Below the pieces are notes generated by a model, which was not told where the DNA came from, ran no database searches, and worked only from the letters and a program-made list of their open reading frames with translations. Source: Vicinamibacterales bacterium (GTDB lineage: Bacteria; Acidobacteriota; Vicinamibacteria; Vicinamibacterales; UBA2999). Taken from it: 64,000 nucleotides of DNA. Location of the stretch: NCBI GenBank assembly GCA_035492455.1, contig DATJJE010000078.1, positions 3,556 through 67,555 on the forward strand, written 5' to 3'. The number at the start of each line of letters is the position of its first letter. Positions within the stretch are counted from its first letter, which is position 1. Of the stretch, positions 7,553 through 18,615 are shown piece after piece. A program made the translations under genes and the position numbers.

Positions 7553-10270
7553 ATGGCTAAGCCACTAGTGATCGTCGAGTCGCCAGCGAAGGCGAAAACG
7601 CTGGGCCGCTTCCTCGGGTCGAAGTACCGGGTGGAGGCGAGCTATGGCCACATTCGCGATCTGCCTGAGTCGGCGGCCGAGGTCCCGAAGGACATCAAGG
7701 ATAAGGAGTGGGGGCGGCTCGGCGTGGATGTCGAGAACGAGTTCACCCCCTATTACGTTGTTCCCAGCGACAAGAAGAAACAGGTCGCGCACCTCAAGAC
7801 CGCAGTAAAGGATGCGTCCGAGCTGCTGCTCGCGACGGACCCCGATCGTGAAGGCGAGGCTATCAGCTGGCACCTCACGCAGGTGCTGAAGCCGAAGGTC
7901 CCTGTCCGCCGCATTGTCTTTCATGAGATTACTGAAGACGCTGTCAAGGAGGCGCTCGATCACCCCAGCGCGGTGAACGAGGACCTCGTCCGCGCGCAGG
8001 AGAGCCGCCGCATTCTCGATCGCCTGTACGGCTACACGCTGTCGCCGCTCCTCTGGAAGAAGGTGCAGACGGGGCTCAGCGCTGGACGCGTGCAGAGCGT
8101 CGCCGTGCGTCTCATCGTCGAGCGCGAGGAAGAGCGGCGTGCCTTCCGTACGGCCATCTATTGGGATCTCGAAGCGAAGCTGCGCGGCGAGGGCCGTGAG
8201 TTCGTGGCGACGCTTGCGCGCATCAACGATCAGCGCATCGCAACGGGCAAGGACTTCGATGCGAAGAGCGGCGAGCTGAAGAACAACAACGTCCGGCTGC
8301 TCGACGAAGCGGCTGCGGGGACCCTCGCGCAGGCGACACGGTCGAACATGCCGTGGACCGTAACCGGCGTCGAACAGAAGCCTGGCGTCGAACGTCCGGC
8401 GCCGCCGTTCACCACTTCGACGTTGACGCAGGAGGCGAGCCGCAAGCTCGGATTCTCGACTGAGCGGACGATGCAGTCCGCACAGCGGCTGTTCCAGGGC
8501 GTGGACGTTGGCAACGATGAGATGGAAGGTCTCATCACCTACCACCGTACCGATTCGACGACGCTGTCAGACAAGGCGCTGCAGGAATCGGCGCGCGTCA
8601 TCCGGGAGATGTTCGGGGCGGAGTACTACGATGGCGCCCGCCGGTATCAAACGCGCGTGAAGAACGCGCAGGAAGCGCACGAAGCAATTCGTCCCACGGA
8701 CTTCCGCCTCGCGCCGAGCCAGTTGGAGCGCGTCCTCGATTCCGACGACCTGAAGATTTACGAGTTGATCTGGAAGCGCACGATGGCGTCGCAGATGGTG
8801 GACGCGCGCGTGCTGCGGACCACGATCGAGATCTCGGCGCGCGGTCAGGGCGGCGAGGTCGCGGTGTTCACGGCGAGCGGCAAGGCGATCGAATTCGCGG
8901 GCTTCCGACGCGCCTATGTCGAAGGCAGCGATGACCCCGTCGCGGAGCTCGAGGATCAGGAAACCATCCTGCCGCAGTGCAAGGTCGGCGATCAAATCGA
9001 ACGCGACGGTACATCAATCGTGTTGCTCGACACCGAGCCGAAGAAGCACGAGACGACGCCACCGGCGCGGTTCACCGAAGCGTCGCTCATCAAAGAGCTG
9101 GAGCGGCTCGGCATCGGCCGTCCATCAACCTTCGCGCCGACGATTGCGACGATCGTGCGCCGCGGATACGTGTTCCGTCAGGGCAAGGCGCTCGTCCCCA
9201 GCTTCACGGCGTTCGCCGTTACCAAGCTGCTGCGCGAGCATTTCGGGGACTTCGTCGAGACGGATTTCACCGCCGAAATGGAAGAGGACCTCGACGAGAT
9301 TTCGCGCGGCGAGCGTGAATGGATCGAGTTTCTGCGCGAGTTCTATTACGGCGACAAGAAGAAGAAGCACCGCGGTTTGCTCGGCGCGGTGGAGAAGGGC
9401 GAAGAGAACGCGGATTATCCGGTGCTGGACCTCGGAGAAGAGCCGGAGACCGGCGAGGCTGTTCGCATCCGCATCGGACGGTTTGGTCCGTTCGTGCAGG
9501 TTGCCGAAGGCGGACCCGGCCGGACGGCGTCACTGCCCGACGACCTCGCACCTGCGGACTTGACGGTGGACAGGGCGCTCGAGCTCGTTCGCGCAAAAGC
9601 TGAAGGACCGCGGTCCCTTGGCGTCGATCCAGCAACCGGCATGAACGTGTACGTGATGAACGGCCGCTACGGCGCGTACGTTCAGCTCGGCGAAACTCCG
9701 GAAGGGAAGAAGGCCGAGAAGCCGAAGCGCGCGTCGCTGCAGGCGGGGATGACCGAGCAGACGGTCACGCTCGACGAAGCGTTGACGCTGCTGTCGCTGC
9801 CGCGCGAGGTGGGCCTGCATCCGGACGACAACCAGCCGATCGTCACCAACTTCGGGCGCTTCGGTCCATACGTGAAGCACAACGACGAGTTCCGGTCGCT
9901 CGAATCCGACGACGATGTCTTCGGCATCTCGTTCGACAAGGCCCTCGAGCTTCTGCGTGCGCCGAAGCAATCGCGCCGTCGTCAGGCGACACAGAAAAAG
10001 ACGCTGAAGGAGCTGACCGCCAACGGCGCCACAATCAAGGTGCTCGCCGGTCGCTACGGTCCGTACGTCACGGACGGAACCACAAATGCGTCCGTGCCGA
10101 AGGGTTCAAACCCCGAATCCCTCACCTTCGAGCAAGCGATGGGGCTGCTCGAAGCGCGTCGCAACGCCGCACCCTCCCCGCGCCGCACGGCAGGCGGTCG
10201 AGGCCGGCGCGTGGCAGCTGCCGCTGTGCCCCGGGCCCGTAAGGCTTCCCGTAAAGCCGCGGGAGCTTAG
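7553..10270 (+). CDS. topA: DNA topoisomerase I
   Basis: TOPRIM N-terminus LVIVESPAKAKTLGRFLG, active-site region GLITYHRTDST, and a repeated C-terminal GRYGPYV/GRFGPFV domain. Confidence 0.97.
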   Translation: MAKPLVIVESPAKAKTLGRFLGSKYRVEASYGHIRDLPESAAEVPKDIKDKEWGRLGVDVENEFTPYYVVPSDKKKQVAHLKTAVKDASELLLATDPDREGEAISWHLTQVLKPKVPVRRIVFHEITEDAVKEALDHPSAVNEDLVRAQESRRILDRLYGYTLSPLLWKKVQTGLSAGRVQSVAVRLIVEREEERRAFRTAIYWDLEAKLRGEGREFVATLARINDQRIATGKDFDAKSGELKNNNVRLLDEAAAGTLAQATRSNMPWTVTGVEQKPGVERPAPPFTTSTLTQEASRKLGFSTERTMQSAQRLFQGVDVGNDEMEGLITYHRTDSTTLSDKALQESARVIREMFGAEYYDGARRYQTRVKNAQEAHEAIRPTDFRLAPSQLERVLDSDDLKIYELIWKRTMASQMVDARVLRTTIEISARGQGGEVAVFTASGKAIEFAGFRRAYVEGSDDPVAELEDQETILPQCKVGDQIERDGTSIVLLDTEPKKHETTPPARFTEASLIKELERLGIGRPSTFAPTIATIVRRGYVFRQGKALVPSFTAFAVTKLLREHFGDFVETDFTAEMEEDLDEISRGEREWIEFLREFYYGDKKKKHRGLLGAVEKGEENADYPVLDLGEEPETGEAVRIRIGRFGPFVQVAEGGPGRTASLPDDLAPADLTVDRALELVRAKAEGPRSLGVDPATGMNVYVMNGRYGAYVQLGETPEGKKAEKPKRASLQAGMTEQTVTLDEALTLLSLPREVGLHPDDNQPIVTNFGRFGPYVKHNDEFRSLESDDDVFGISFDKALELLRAPKQSRRRQATQKKTLKELTANGATIKVLAGRYGPYVTDGTTNASVPKGSNPESLTFEQAMGLLEARRNAAPSPRRTAGGRGRRVAAAAVPRARKASRKAAGA

Positions 10271-10273
10271 AAT

Positions 10274-10337
10274 GGCTTCAGGCTTCGGGCTGCAGGCTTC
10301 GGGAATTCTTCCGAAGTCAGGAGCCCCGAGCCCGAAG
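10274..10337. repeat. inverted pair of 4x heptamer arrays (GGCTTCN x4 / NCCGAAG x4); probable topA terminator hairpin
   Basis: GGCTTCA GGCTTCG GGCTGCA GGCTTCG ... TCCGAAG TCAGGAG CCCCGAG CCCGAAG. Fills the topA-trmFO spacer. Confidence 0.85.
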
Positions 10338-10342
10338 TCTTC

Positions 10343-11728
10343 ATGATTCACATCATCGGTGGCGGTCTCGCCGGATGCGAGGCTGCCTGGCAGGCTGCAT
10401 CGCTGGGCGTCCACGTGACGCTGCACGAGATGCGGCCGGTGTGCACGACCGCCGTGCACAAGACGGATCAGCTCGCGGAGCTGGTCTGCTCGAATTCGCT
10501 GCGCAGCGACAAGCTCGATAACGCGGTAGGCCTGCTGAAAGAGGAAATGCGGCGGCTCGGTTCGCTCGTGCTGCGCGCTGCCGACGCGAATCGCGTACCT
10601 GCCGGCGCAGCGCTCGCCGTCGATCGCGAGCGATTCTCGAGCGCCGTTACCGAGGCAGTCACTGCGCATCCGCTGATCGAGGTCACGCGCGAGGAGGTCC
10701 CGCGCATCCCGGACGATCCGGCAATGTATCCGCTGATTGTCGCGACCGGCCCTCTTACATCAGAAACGCTCTCCGCGGACGTTGCGCGGATCGTCGGTGG
10801 CGACCACCTTTATTTCTACGATGCGATCAGCCCGATCGTGCTGGCCGAGACCATCGACATGTCGAAGGTATTCCGCGCCTCGAGATGGGGTCGGGACTCA
10901 TTACGTGGTTCGTCGGACGGCGGCGATACGAACCACGTAATGAGTCCCGACCCCGTTGAAGGCGACTATCTGAACTGCCCGCTGACGAAAGACGAGTACG
11001 ACCGGTTCTACGATGCGGTCGTCACCGCAGAATCCGCCACGGTGCACGATTTCGACAAGGAAAAGTTCTTCGAGGGATGCCTGCCGATCGAAGTGATGGC
11101 GCATCGCGGCCGCGACACGCTCCGCTTCGGTCCGATGAAGCCGGTGGGGCTGATGGATCCACGCACCGGGCGTGCACCGTACGCCGTCGTGCAGCTGCGT
11201 CAGGATACGCTCGCCGGCGATCACTTCAGCCTCGTCGGATTTCAGACGCAGCTCAAATGGGGCGAGCAGGCGCGCGTGCTGAAGCTCGTGCCCGGCCTCG
11301 AGCATGCGGAGTTCGTCCGTTTCGGCATGGTGCACCGCAACACCTACATCAACGGACCGACGGTGTTGCGCGAGACGTGGCAGACCCGGTTCCGCGACGA
11401 TCTGTTCTTCGCCGGACAGATTTCCGGGGTGGAGGGATACGTCGAGTCCGCGGCGTCCGGACTGATCGCAGGCCGCAACGCGGCGGCGCTTGTGCGCGGC
11501 GAGGAGCCTCGCGTCCCGCCGCGGACGACGGCAATCGGGGCGCTGGCGTATTACGTCTCGCACGCGGATCCGCGGAATTATCAGCCGACCAACATCACGT
11601 TCGGCATCATGGAGGCGCCTCCGAACATCCGCAAGCGCGCGGATCGGAAGCTGGCGACGTCCACGAGAGCGCTCGAAGATCTGGACCGATGGAACAGCTC
11701 CGCGAGTTTCTCGACTACATCCGCCTGA
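10343..11728 (+). CDS. trmFO: methylenetetrahydrofolate--tRNA-(uracil-5-)-methyltransferase TrmFO, carrying an in-frame palindromic insertion
   Basis: FAD-binding IHIIGGGLAGCEAAWQAA, plus DYLNCPLTKDEY and GQISGVEGYVESAASG motifs. Confidence 0.92.
   Translation: MIHIIGGGLAGCEAAWQAASLGVHVTLHEMRPVCTTAVHKTDQLAELVCSNSLRSDKLDNAVGLLKEEMRRLGSLVLRAADANRVPAGAALAVDRERFSSAVTEAVTAHPLIEVTREEVPRIPDDPAMYPLIVATGPLTSETLSADVARIVGGDHLYFYDAISPIVLAETIDMSKVFRASRWGRDSLRGSSDGGDTNHVMSPDPVEGDYLNCPLTKDEYDRFYDAVVTAESATVHDFDKEKFFEGCLPIEVMAHRGRDTLRFGPMKPVGLMDPRTGRAPYAVVQLRQDTLAGDHFSLVGFQTQLKWGEQARVLKLVPGLEHAEFVRFGMVHRNTYINGPTVLRETWQTRFRDDLFFAGQISGVEGYVESAASGLIAGRNAAALVRGEEPRVPPRTTAIGALAYYVSHADPRNYQPTNITFGIMEAPPNIRKRADRKLATSTRALEDLDRWNSSASFSTTSA
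10887..10954. repeat. 68-nt perfect palindrome (26-bp arms, 16-nt loop) in frame inside trmFO
   Basis: GGGGTCGGGACTCATTACGTGGTTCG (10887-10912) is the exact reverse complement of 10929-10954. Confidence 0.95.
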
Positions 11729-12582
11729 ATCGCAACGCGTCGGCGCATACGGTCGCTGCCTACGAGAGCGATCTCACGCAATTTGTCGGCTTCGCCGGCG
11801 AATTCACCAGGAAGCGCGAGGCGCTTCGGCCCATCCATCTCGACCTCGAAGTGATTCGCGCGTTCCTCGGCGAGCTGCATCGCGAACGGCAGTCGCGCGC
11901 GACGGTGGCGCGCAAGGTCTCGGCTGTCCGCGCGTTTTTCCGCTACCTGCGGCGCGAAGGATTTGTTGAATCGGATCCTGCGGCACTAATCGTCGCACCG
12001 AAGCGCGAACAAAAGGTGCCCGCGCATCTCTCCGTCGACGAGATGTCGCACCTGCTCGACACACCGGGCGCGTGTTCGCCGCTCGGCCGCCGCGACCGTG
12101 CCATCCTCGAGCTGTTCTACGCGTCGGGGATCCGGTTGAGTGAGCTTGTTGGCCTCGATCTCGAGGATCTCGATCTGTCCGGACGGATGGTGCGGGTGAT
12201 GGGAAAGGGGCGCAAAGAACGGATCGTGCCCTTCAATCAGAAAGCGGCAGGCGCGTTGCGGGCGTGGCTGAAAGACCGTGTCGCGCTGACGCGCGGCGAC
12301 GCATTGTTCGTCAACGCCCGCGGTGGGCGTTTGACGGGCCGCAGCGTCCAGCGCCTCGTCGCCCGCTACGTGACCAGTTGCAGTACCCGGTTCGGCATCA
12401 GCCCGCACGCGCTTCGGCATTCATTCGCCACGCATCTGCTGCAAGCGGGCGCCGATCTACGTGCGATTCAGGAGCTGCTCGGACACGTGCGTCTCTCCAC
12501 CACACAGCGATACACTCACGTCAACGTCGCGCAGCTGCTCGAGGTCTATCGGAAGTCGCATCCGCGGGCACATAAATCCTAG
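11689..12582 (+). CDS. xerC: tyrosine recombinase XerC/XerD family
   Basis: ATG at 11689 (MEQLREFLDYIR...). Has the SAM-like N-domain and catalytic R...HxLRH...Y (HALRHSFATHLL, RYTH). The 5' ORF extension overlaps trmFO and is discounted. Confidence 0.9.
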   Translation: MEQLREFLDYIRLNRNASAHTVAAYESDLTQFVGFAGEFTRKREALRPIHLDLEVIRAFLGELHRERQSRATVARKVSAVRAFFRYLRREGFVESDPAALIVAPKREQKVPAHLSVDEMSHLLDTPGACSPLGRRDRAILELFYASGIRLSELVGLDLEDLDLSGRMVRVMGKGRKERIVPFNQKAAGALRAWLKDRVALTRGDALFVNARGGRLTGRSVQRLVARYVTSCSTRFGISPHALRHSFATHLLQAGADLRAIQELLGHVRLSTTQRYTHVNVAQLLEVYRKSHPRAHKS

Positions 12583-12591
12583 GAGTCCGCT

Positions 12592-13959
12592 ATGTCGTTG
12601 CGCCGCTGGCTCGTCGTCGCGGCTCTTTTCGTCGTGGCGTTCGTCGCGTCAAGGTACGGACACGCCGCCGGCGACGCGACGGGCAGAAATCTGTTCACGT
12701 ATCCGTACAACGTTGACGATCTGCCGAACGGCCTCCGGCTCGTCACCGTGCCGACGGACTACCCGAACTTGGTGGCGCTCTACATCGTCGTTCGCGCCGG
12801 CTCCCGCGACGAGGTCGAGCCGGGCAAGAGCGGCTACGCGCATCTGTTCGAACACCTGATGTTTCGCGGCAGCGAAAACTTCACCCCCGAACAGCGTGAC
12901 GCGATCATGAAGGGTGCGGGCGCGGATACCAACGCATCCACCAACCAGGATCGAACGACGTACTACGTTGTGTTCTCGAAGGAAGACCTCGACGAGGTCT
13001 TCAAGGTGGAAGCGGATCGCTTTCAGCACCTGAAATACAGCGAGCCCGCCTACAAGACCGAATCGCTCGCCGTGCTCGGCGAATACAACAAGAACAGCGC
13101 GGCGCCGACACAGAAGCTTGATGAAGTGCTGTACGAAACCGCGTTCAAGGAGCACACCTACGCGCACACGACGATGGGGTATTTGAAGGACGTCCAGGAC
13201 ATGCCGAACCAGTACGGCTACAGCCTGGAGTTCTACAATCGGTTCTACCGCCCCGAGTACACGACCGTGCTTGTCGTCGGCGACGTCACGCACGATGGTG
13301 CACTGGAGCTGACGAAGAAATATTTCGGCGCGTGGGCGCGCGGCAGCTACGAGCCGAAGATTCCAGCGGAGCCGCCGCAGATGGAGAGCCGTACGGCTCA
13401 TGTTGACTGGCCGTCGCCGACGCTGCCATGGCTTGCCGTCGCGTTCAAAGGGCCTGCGTACTCGGACGAGACAAAGGACAAGCCCGCGCTCGACCTGCTG
13501 CGCGAGATTGCGTTCGGCGAAAACTCGGACCTGTATCGCCGGCTCGTGCTCCAGCAGCAGAAGCTCGACGATCTCGGCGTGGACTTTGGCAATCATCCGG
13601 ACCCCGAGTTGTTCACGGCGTACGCGCGCATCAAAGACGTGAAGGATGTCGATGACGTCCGCGCGCAGGTTCTCCAGACGTTCGCGCGGTTTACGAAGGA
13701 GAATGTCGATCAAACGAAGCTCGACGCGACGCGATCGCGCATGCGCTACAGCTTCGCACTGCGGATGAACAGCTCGCCGGCGATTGCGGCGGCGCTGGCG
13801 CCGTACATCCTGCTGAAGCGCACGCCGGACACGATCAACAAGGTCTTCGAGCTCTATCAGCAGGTCACACCCGAGGACATTCGCGCGACCGCGGCGAAGT
13901 ACTTCACCGAGAACAACAGGACTGTCGTCACGCTGGCGACACAGGCGGGGACGAAATGA
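12592..13959 (+). CDS. M16-family zinc peptidase (active subunit)
   Basis: Signal peptide plus the inverted zinc motif HLFEHLMFRGS (HxxEH). Confidence 0.85.
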   Translation: MSLRRWLVVAALFVVAFVASRYGHAAGDATGRNLFTYPYNVDDLPNGLRLVTVPTDYPNLVALYIVVRAGSRDEVEPGKSGYAHLFEHLMFRGSENFTPEQRDAIMKGAGADTNASTNQDRTTYYVVFSKEDLDEVFKVEADRFQHLKYSEPAYKTESLAVLGEYNKNSAAPTQKLDEVLYETAFKEHTYAHTTMGYLKDVQDMPNQYGYSLEFYNRFYRPEYTTVLVVGDVTHDGALELTKKYFGAWARGSYEPKIPAEPPQMESRTAHVDWPSPTLPWLAVAFKGPAYSDETKDKPALDLLREIAFGENSDLYRRLVLQQQKLDDLGVDFGNHPDPELFTAYARIKDVKDVDDVRAQVLQTFARFTKENVDQTKLDATRSRMRYSFALRMNSSPAIAAALAPYILLKRTPDTINKVFELYQQVTPEDIRATAAKYFTENNRTVVTLATQAGTK

Positions 13960-15443
13960 GGGACAGGCGCGTTGCGTTTGCGCTCGTGCTCGCGGCGCTT
14001 CTGCAGACGCCTGCGTTTACGCAGACCGCCAGCGTGCTCCAGCACGGCACCTCACCCCTCATCACGTTCCGCATTCTGTTCATGACCGGGTCGGCGTTCG
14101 ATCCAACCGGCAAAGAAGGGCTCGCCTCTCTGACGGCCGCGATGCTCGGTGAAGGCGGCTCGCGGTCGAAGGCCTATCAGCAGATCGTCGACGAGATGTA
14201 TCCGATGGCGACGTCATTGAACTGGCAGGTCGACAAGGAGATGACCGTCTTTACCGGCACGACGCATGTCGAGAATCTCGACAGGTTCTACGGCCTGATC
14301 AACGACATGCTGCTGGATCCGGGGTTTCGTCAGGAGGACTTCACGCGTGTGCGCGATGAAGCCGTGAACTTCCTCAAGGTGTCGCTGCGCGAGAGCAACG
14401 ACGAGGAGCTCGGAAAGGAATATCTCTACAACGCCATCTATACCGGTCACCCATACGGCCACCACAACCGCGGAACCGTTTCGTCGCTGCAGAAGCTGAC
14501 CGTCGCCGATGTGCGTGCGTTCTATCGCGAGCACTACACGCGCGCCAACCTTCTGCTCGGGCTCGCGGGAAATTATCCGAGCGGATTTGCGGAGAAAGTC
14601 GCAGCGGACCTGGCGAAGCTGCCGGCTGGCGCGCCTGACGGGAAGCGTTTCGAACCACCACCGCTCCCCGCGGGCAGCCGAATGGCGATCCTGACGCGCG
14701 ATACGCGCTCCACGGCGATATCGCTCGGGTTTCCGATCGACGTGAACCGTGCGTCGCCCGACTGGCCTGCGCTTGCGGTCGCGGTCTCGTACCTGGGCGA
14801 GCACCGGTCGTCCAATGGCTATTTGTATGGGTGGCTGCGGGAAGCCCGTGGGCTCAACTACGGCGACTACGCCTACCTCGAATACTTCCCACGCGGCATG
14901 TTTCAGTTCACACCCGACCCGAATCTCGCGCGCCAGCAGCAGATCTTTCAGATCTGGATACGGCCCGTCGAGGTGAACACCGGCGTCTTCACGCTGCGGG
15001 CGGCGCTCTACGGCTACGACAAGTTCGTTCGCGACGGTCTGTCGCGCGAGGCCTTCGAAGCGACGCGGCAGTTCCTCACGAAGTACTCGAACATCCTGAC
15101 GCAAACGCAGAGCGCTCGTCTTGGCTACGCACTGGACAGCCGCTACTACGGCATCGGCGACTACAACAGCTACCTGCGCGACGCGCTGGCAAAGCTGACG
15201 CTCGATGACGTGAATCGCGCTATCAAACAGCACCTGGCTCGCGATCGCATGCAGATCGTCATCGTGACGAAGGACGCCAAGCCCTTCCAGGATGCCGTGG
15301 CGAGGAACACGCCCTCGCCGATCGTCTACAACTCGCCGAAGCCGAAAGAGATCATGGACGAGGACGCCATCATCGAGGCCTACCGGATCACCGTGAAGCC
15401 GCAGGATGTCGCGGTCGTGCCCGTCGAGCGCGTGTTCCAGTAG
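13956..15443 (+). CDS. M16-family peptidase-like protein (no HxxEH seen, probably the non-catalytic partner)
   Basis: ATGA overlap with the upstream M16 gene. M16 N/C-domain-like sequence (PYGHHNRGT..., NYGDYAYLEYFPRG). Confidence 0.78.
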   Translation: MRDRRVAFALVLAALLQTPAFTQTASVLQHGTSPLITFRILFMTGSAFDPTGKEGLASLTAAMLGEGGSRSKAYQQIVDEMYPMATSLNWQVDKEMTVFTGTTHVENLDRFYGLINDMLLDPGFRQEDFTRVRDEAVNFLKVSLRESNDEELGKEYLYNAIYTGHPYGHHNRGTVSSLQKLTVADVRAFYREHYTRANLLLGLAGNYPSGFAEKVAADLAKLPAGAPDGKRFEPPPLPAGSRMAILTRDTRSTAISLGFPIDVNRASPDWPALAVAVSYLGEHRSSNGYLYGWLREARGLNYGDYAYLEYFPRGMFQFTPDPNLARQQQIFQIWIRPVEVNTGVFTLRAALYGYDKFVRDGLSREAFEATRQFLTKYSNILTQTQSARLGYALDSRYYGIGDYNSYLRDALAKLTLDDVNRAIKQHLARDRMQIVIVTKDAKPFQDAVARNTPSPIVYNSPKPKEIMDEDAIIEAYRITVKPQDVAVVPVERVFQ

Positions 15444-15972
15444 TGGTCTACGTCGCGTTCCTGCGCGCCATTAACGTCGGCGGCCATGCGGCGGTGAAGA
15501 TGACCGACGTGCGCGACGCCTTCGTTGCCGCTGGATGTAAAAACGTCACGACCGTCATCCAGAGTGGCAACGTCATCTTCGAAGCGGCGGCCTCTGGCCG
15601 GGCCGCGCTCGCCAGACGCATCTGTCAGCAGCTCGAGCCGTTGATCGGAAAAGATCCAGGTGTCTTCATCCGTACGAAGGACGACCTTGCAGCCCTGGTC
15701 GCCGCGGATCGGTTCAAGAAGTTCGCGCGTGAAGACAACGTCAAGCTGTATGTGGCGTTCCTCGCGGGCAAGCCGACGCGCGCACCGCGCCTGCCGCTGC
15801 GAGACGACAAGGAACGCCTCGAGCTGTTCGCCACCAGCAGCAACGACGCATTTATCGTGAGCCGCCGCAAGCCGAAAGGGTTTTACGGATTTCCGAACGC
15901 CTTCGTCGAGAAGGCGTTCGGCGTCAAGGCAACCAGCCGCAACTGGTCGACGGTGCAGAAAATCGCGTCGAT

Positions 15973-15976
<4 letters not shown>
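15443..15976 (+). CDS. DUF1697-family protein
   Basis: VYVAFLRAINVGGHAAVKMTDVRDAF is the characteristic DUF1697 N-terminus. GTG start overlaps the upstream stop. Confidence 0.72.
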
Positions 15977-17397
<1,421 letters not shown>

Positions 17398-17415
17398 ACT
17401 GTTGCCCCTCGTCTC

Positions 17416-18570
17416 CTACAGTGCGTCGCGGCTGACCGATACCGGCAGCGTGACGCGAATCAGCGTGCCGCCCCCAGGGGCGGTGCGCAGGTCGATTTGT
17501 CCATCGTGCGCGTCGACGATCTTTCGAACGATTGCCAGACCGAGGCCCGACCCCTGAGCCTTGGTCGTGTAGAACGGATCGAACACATGCTCGGCGACCT
17601 CGGGCAACATTCCCGGCCCGTTGTCCTGCATCTCGACTCGAACTGCCTCCCGTCCGTCGCCGCCATCGTCCTGCAGCACCGTCGATGCGGTGATGCCGAC
17701 GCGTCCCTTGCCCTCCATCGCTTCGTAGGCGTTGATCAGGAGGTTCGTGAACAACTGCGTCAGCTGGTGCTGGTCGGCCTGAATGTGCGGGAGGTCGGCG
17801 GGGACGCTGACATCAACCGCAATCGATCCACGGGCCGCTTTCGTGTCCGCCAGATGGACCGCCGCATCGACCGCTTCGGCAATCCCCGTGTGCTCGACCT
17901 GCAGCCGAATCGGCCTGACGAACTCCAGCACCTCCTGCACGATCGCGTTGGCCATCTTGGCCTCCGCGATGATGTCGCTCAGCACCGCCTGCGCATCGGG
18001 AATATCCACGATCTTTCTGCGCAGCAGGCCGGCCATCACCTCGATGCCGGCCAGCGGGTTCTTCACTTCGTGTGCGATGGCGGCTGCCATTTCTCCTACC
18101 GCTGCCAACCGATCGCGCAACCGCTCACGCTCTTCAAGTTGTTCGACCCGCGTCAGGTCCTTGAAGAACATCGCGACGCCTGCGATCTCGCCCGCGTCAT
18201 CTCTGACGAAGGCCAGCGTGTAGCCGAGCACTTTTCCCGACGGCCGCAGCCGCGTTTCCGCGCGGTTTGGCAGCATGTGCAGGTCAAAGGCCGACAGCAG
18301 CTGCCGCACGACTTCGGGATGCGCGCGCAGCACCTCGGCGATCGGTTTCCCGAGGTCGCCAGGATGCGGTTCCACGCCGAAAATCCGGTAGCCCTCCTCG
18401 TTCAACAGCGCCAGGTTGCCGGCGCGCGTCATCGCCAGCACCCCGTTGCGCATGCCAGCCACGATGTGGCGGAAGAAGGCGTCCGTGGGCTCCGGTATTC
18501 CGGGACCAGTGGCGTCGCCGCTGCGCGGGGATGGGCGGCTAGTGCCAGTCATCGGCGTCGGCAGCACCAC
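17416..18570 (-). CDS. sensor histidine kinase (PAS-HisKA-HATPase); ATG at 18552 is an alternative start
   Basis: H-box AAAIAHEVKNPL, N-box TNLLINAYEAM, G-box DNGPGM...GSGLGL. Directly upstream of the NtrC-type regulator. Confidence 0.9.
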   Translation of the reverse strand: MVLPTPMTGTSRPSPRSGDATGPGIPEPTDAFFRHIVAGMRNGVLAMTRAGNLALLNEEGYRIFGVEPHPGDLGKPIAEVLRAHPEVVRQLLSAFDLHMLPNRAETRLRPSGKVLGYTLAFVRDDAGEIAGVAMFFKDLTRVEQLEERERLRDRLAAVGEMAAAIAHEVKNPLAGIEVMAGLLRRKIVDIPDAQAVLSDIIAEAKMANAIVQEVLEFVRPIRLQVEHTGIAEAVDAAVHLADTKAARGSIAVDVSVPADLPHIQADQHQLTQLFTNLLINAYEAMEGKGRVGITASTVLQDDGGDGREAVRVEMQDNGPGMLPEVAEHVFDPFYTTKAQGSGLGLAIVRKIVDAHDGQIDLRTAPGGGTLIRVTLPVSVSRDAL

Positions 18571-18600
18571 GGAGCAAAACCCAACCGTGGAGGCCGACCC

Positions 18601-18615
18601 GCAAACGACATGCCC
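18601..18615 (-). promoter_or_regulatory. candidate sigma-54 promoter GGGCAT-N5-TTGC
   Basis: Correct GG/GC spacing on the minus strand, 31-50 nt upstream of the histidine kinase start. The -24 element is imperfect. Confidence 0.35.

Noticed and set aside
11077-11688. A long 5' extension of xerC. Analogous extensions exist at 51939-52571 (aminotransferase), 60569-61036 (permease 2), 21345-21512 (ECF sigma), 44867-45790 (CPBP) and 6223-6396 (TPR protein).
   Set aside because: The extensions overlap the preceding well-supported gene or promoter region. In each case the homology-bearing part starts at an internal ATG that abuts the upstream stop or a Shine-Dalgarno sequence.
11689-12582. The tyrosine recombinase as an integrase marking a mobile island covering the following 14 kb.
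   Set aside because: Its sequence and position (after topA-trmFO) fit the housekeeping XerC/CodV. There is no flanking tRNA, att-like direct repeat, excisionase or phage/conjugation gene in the segment.
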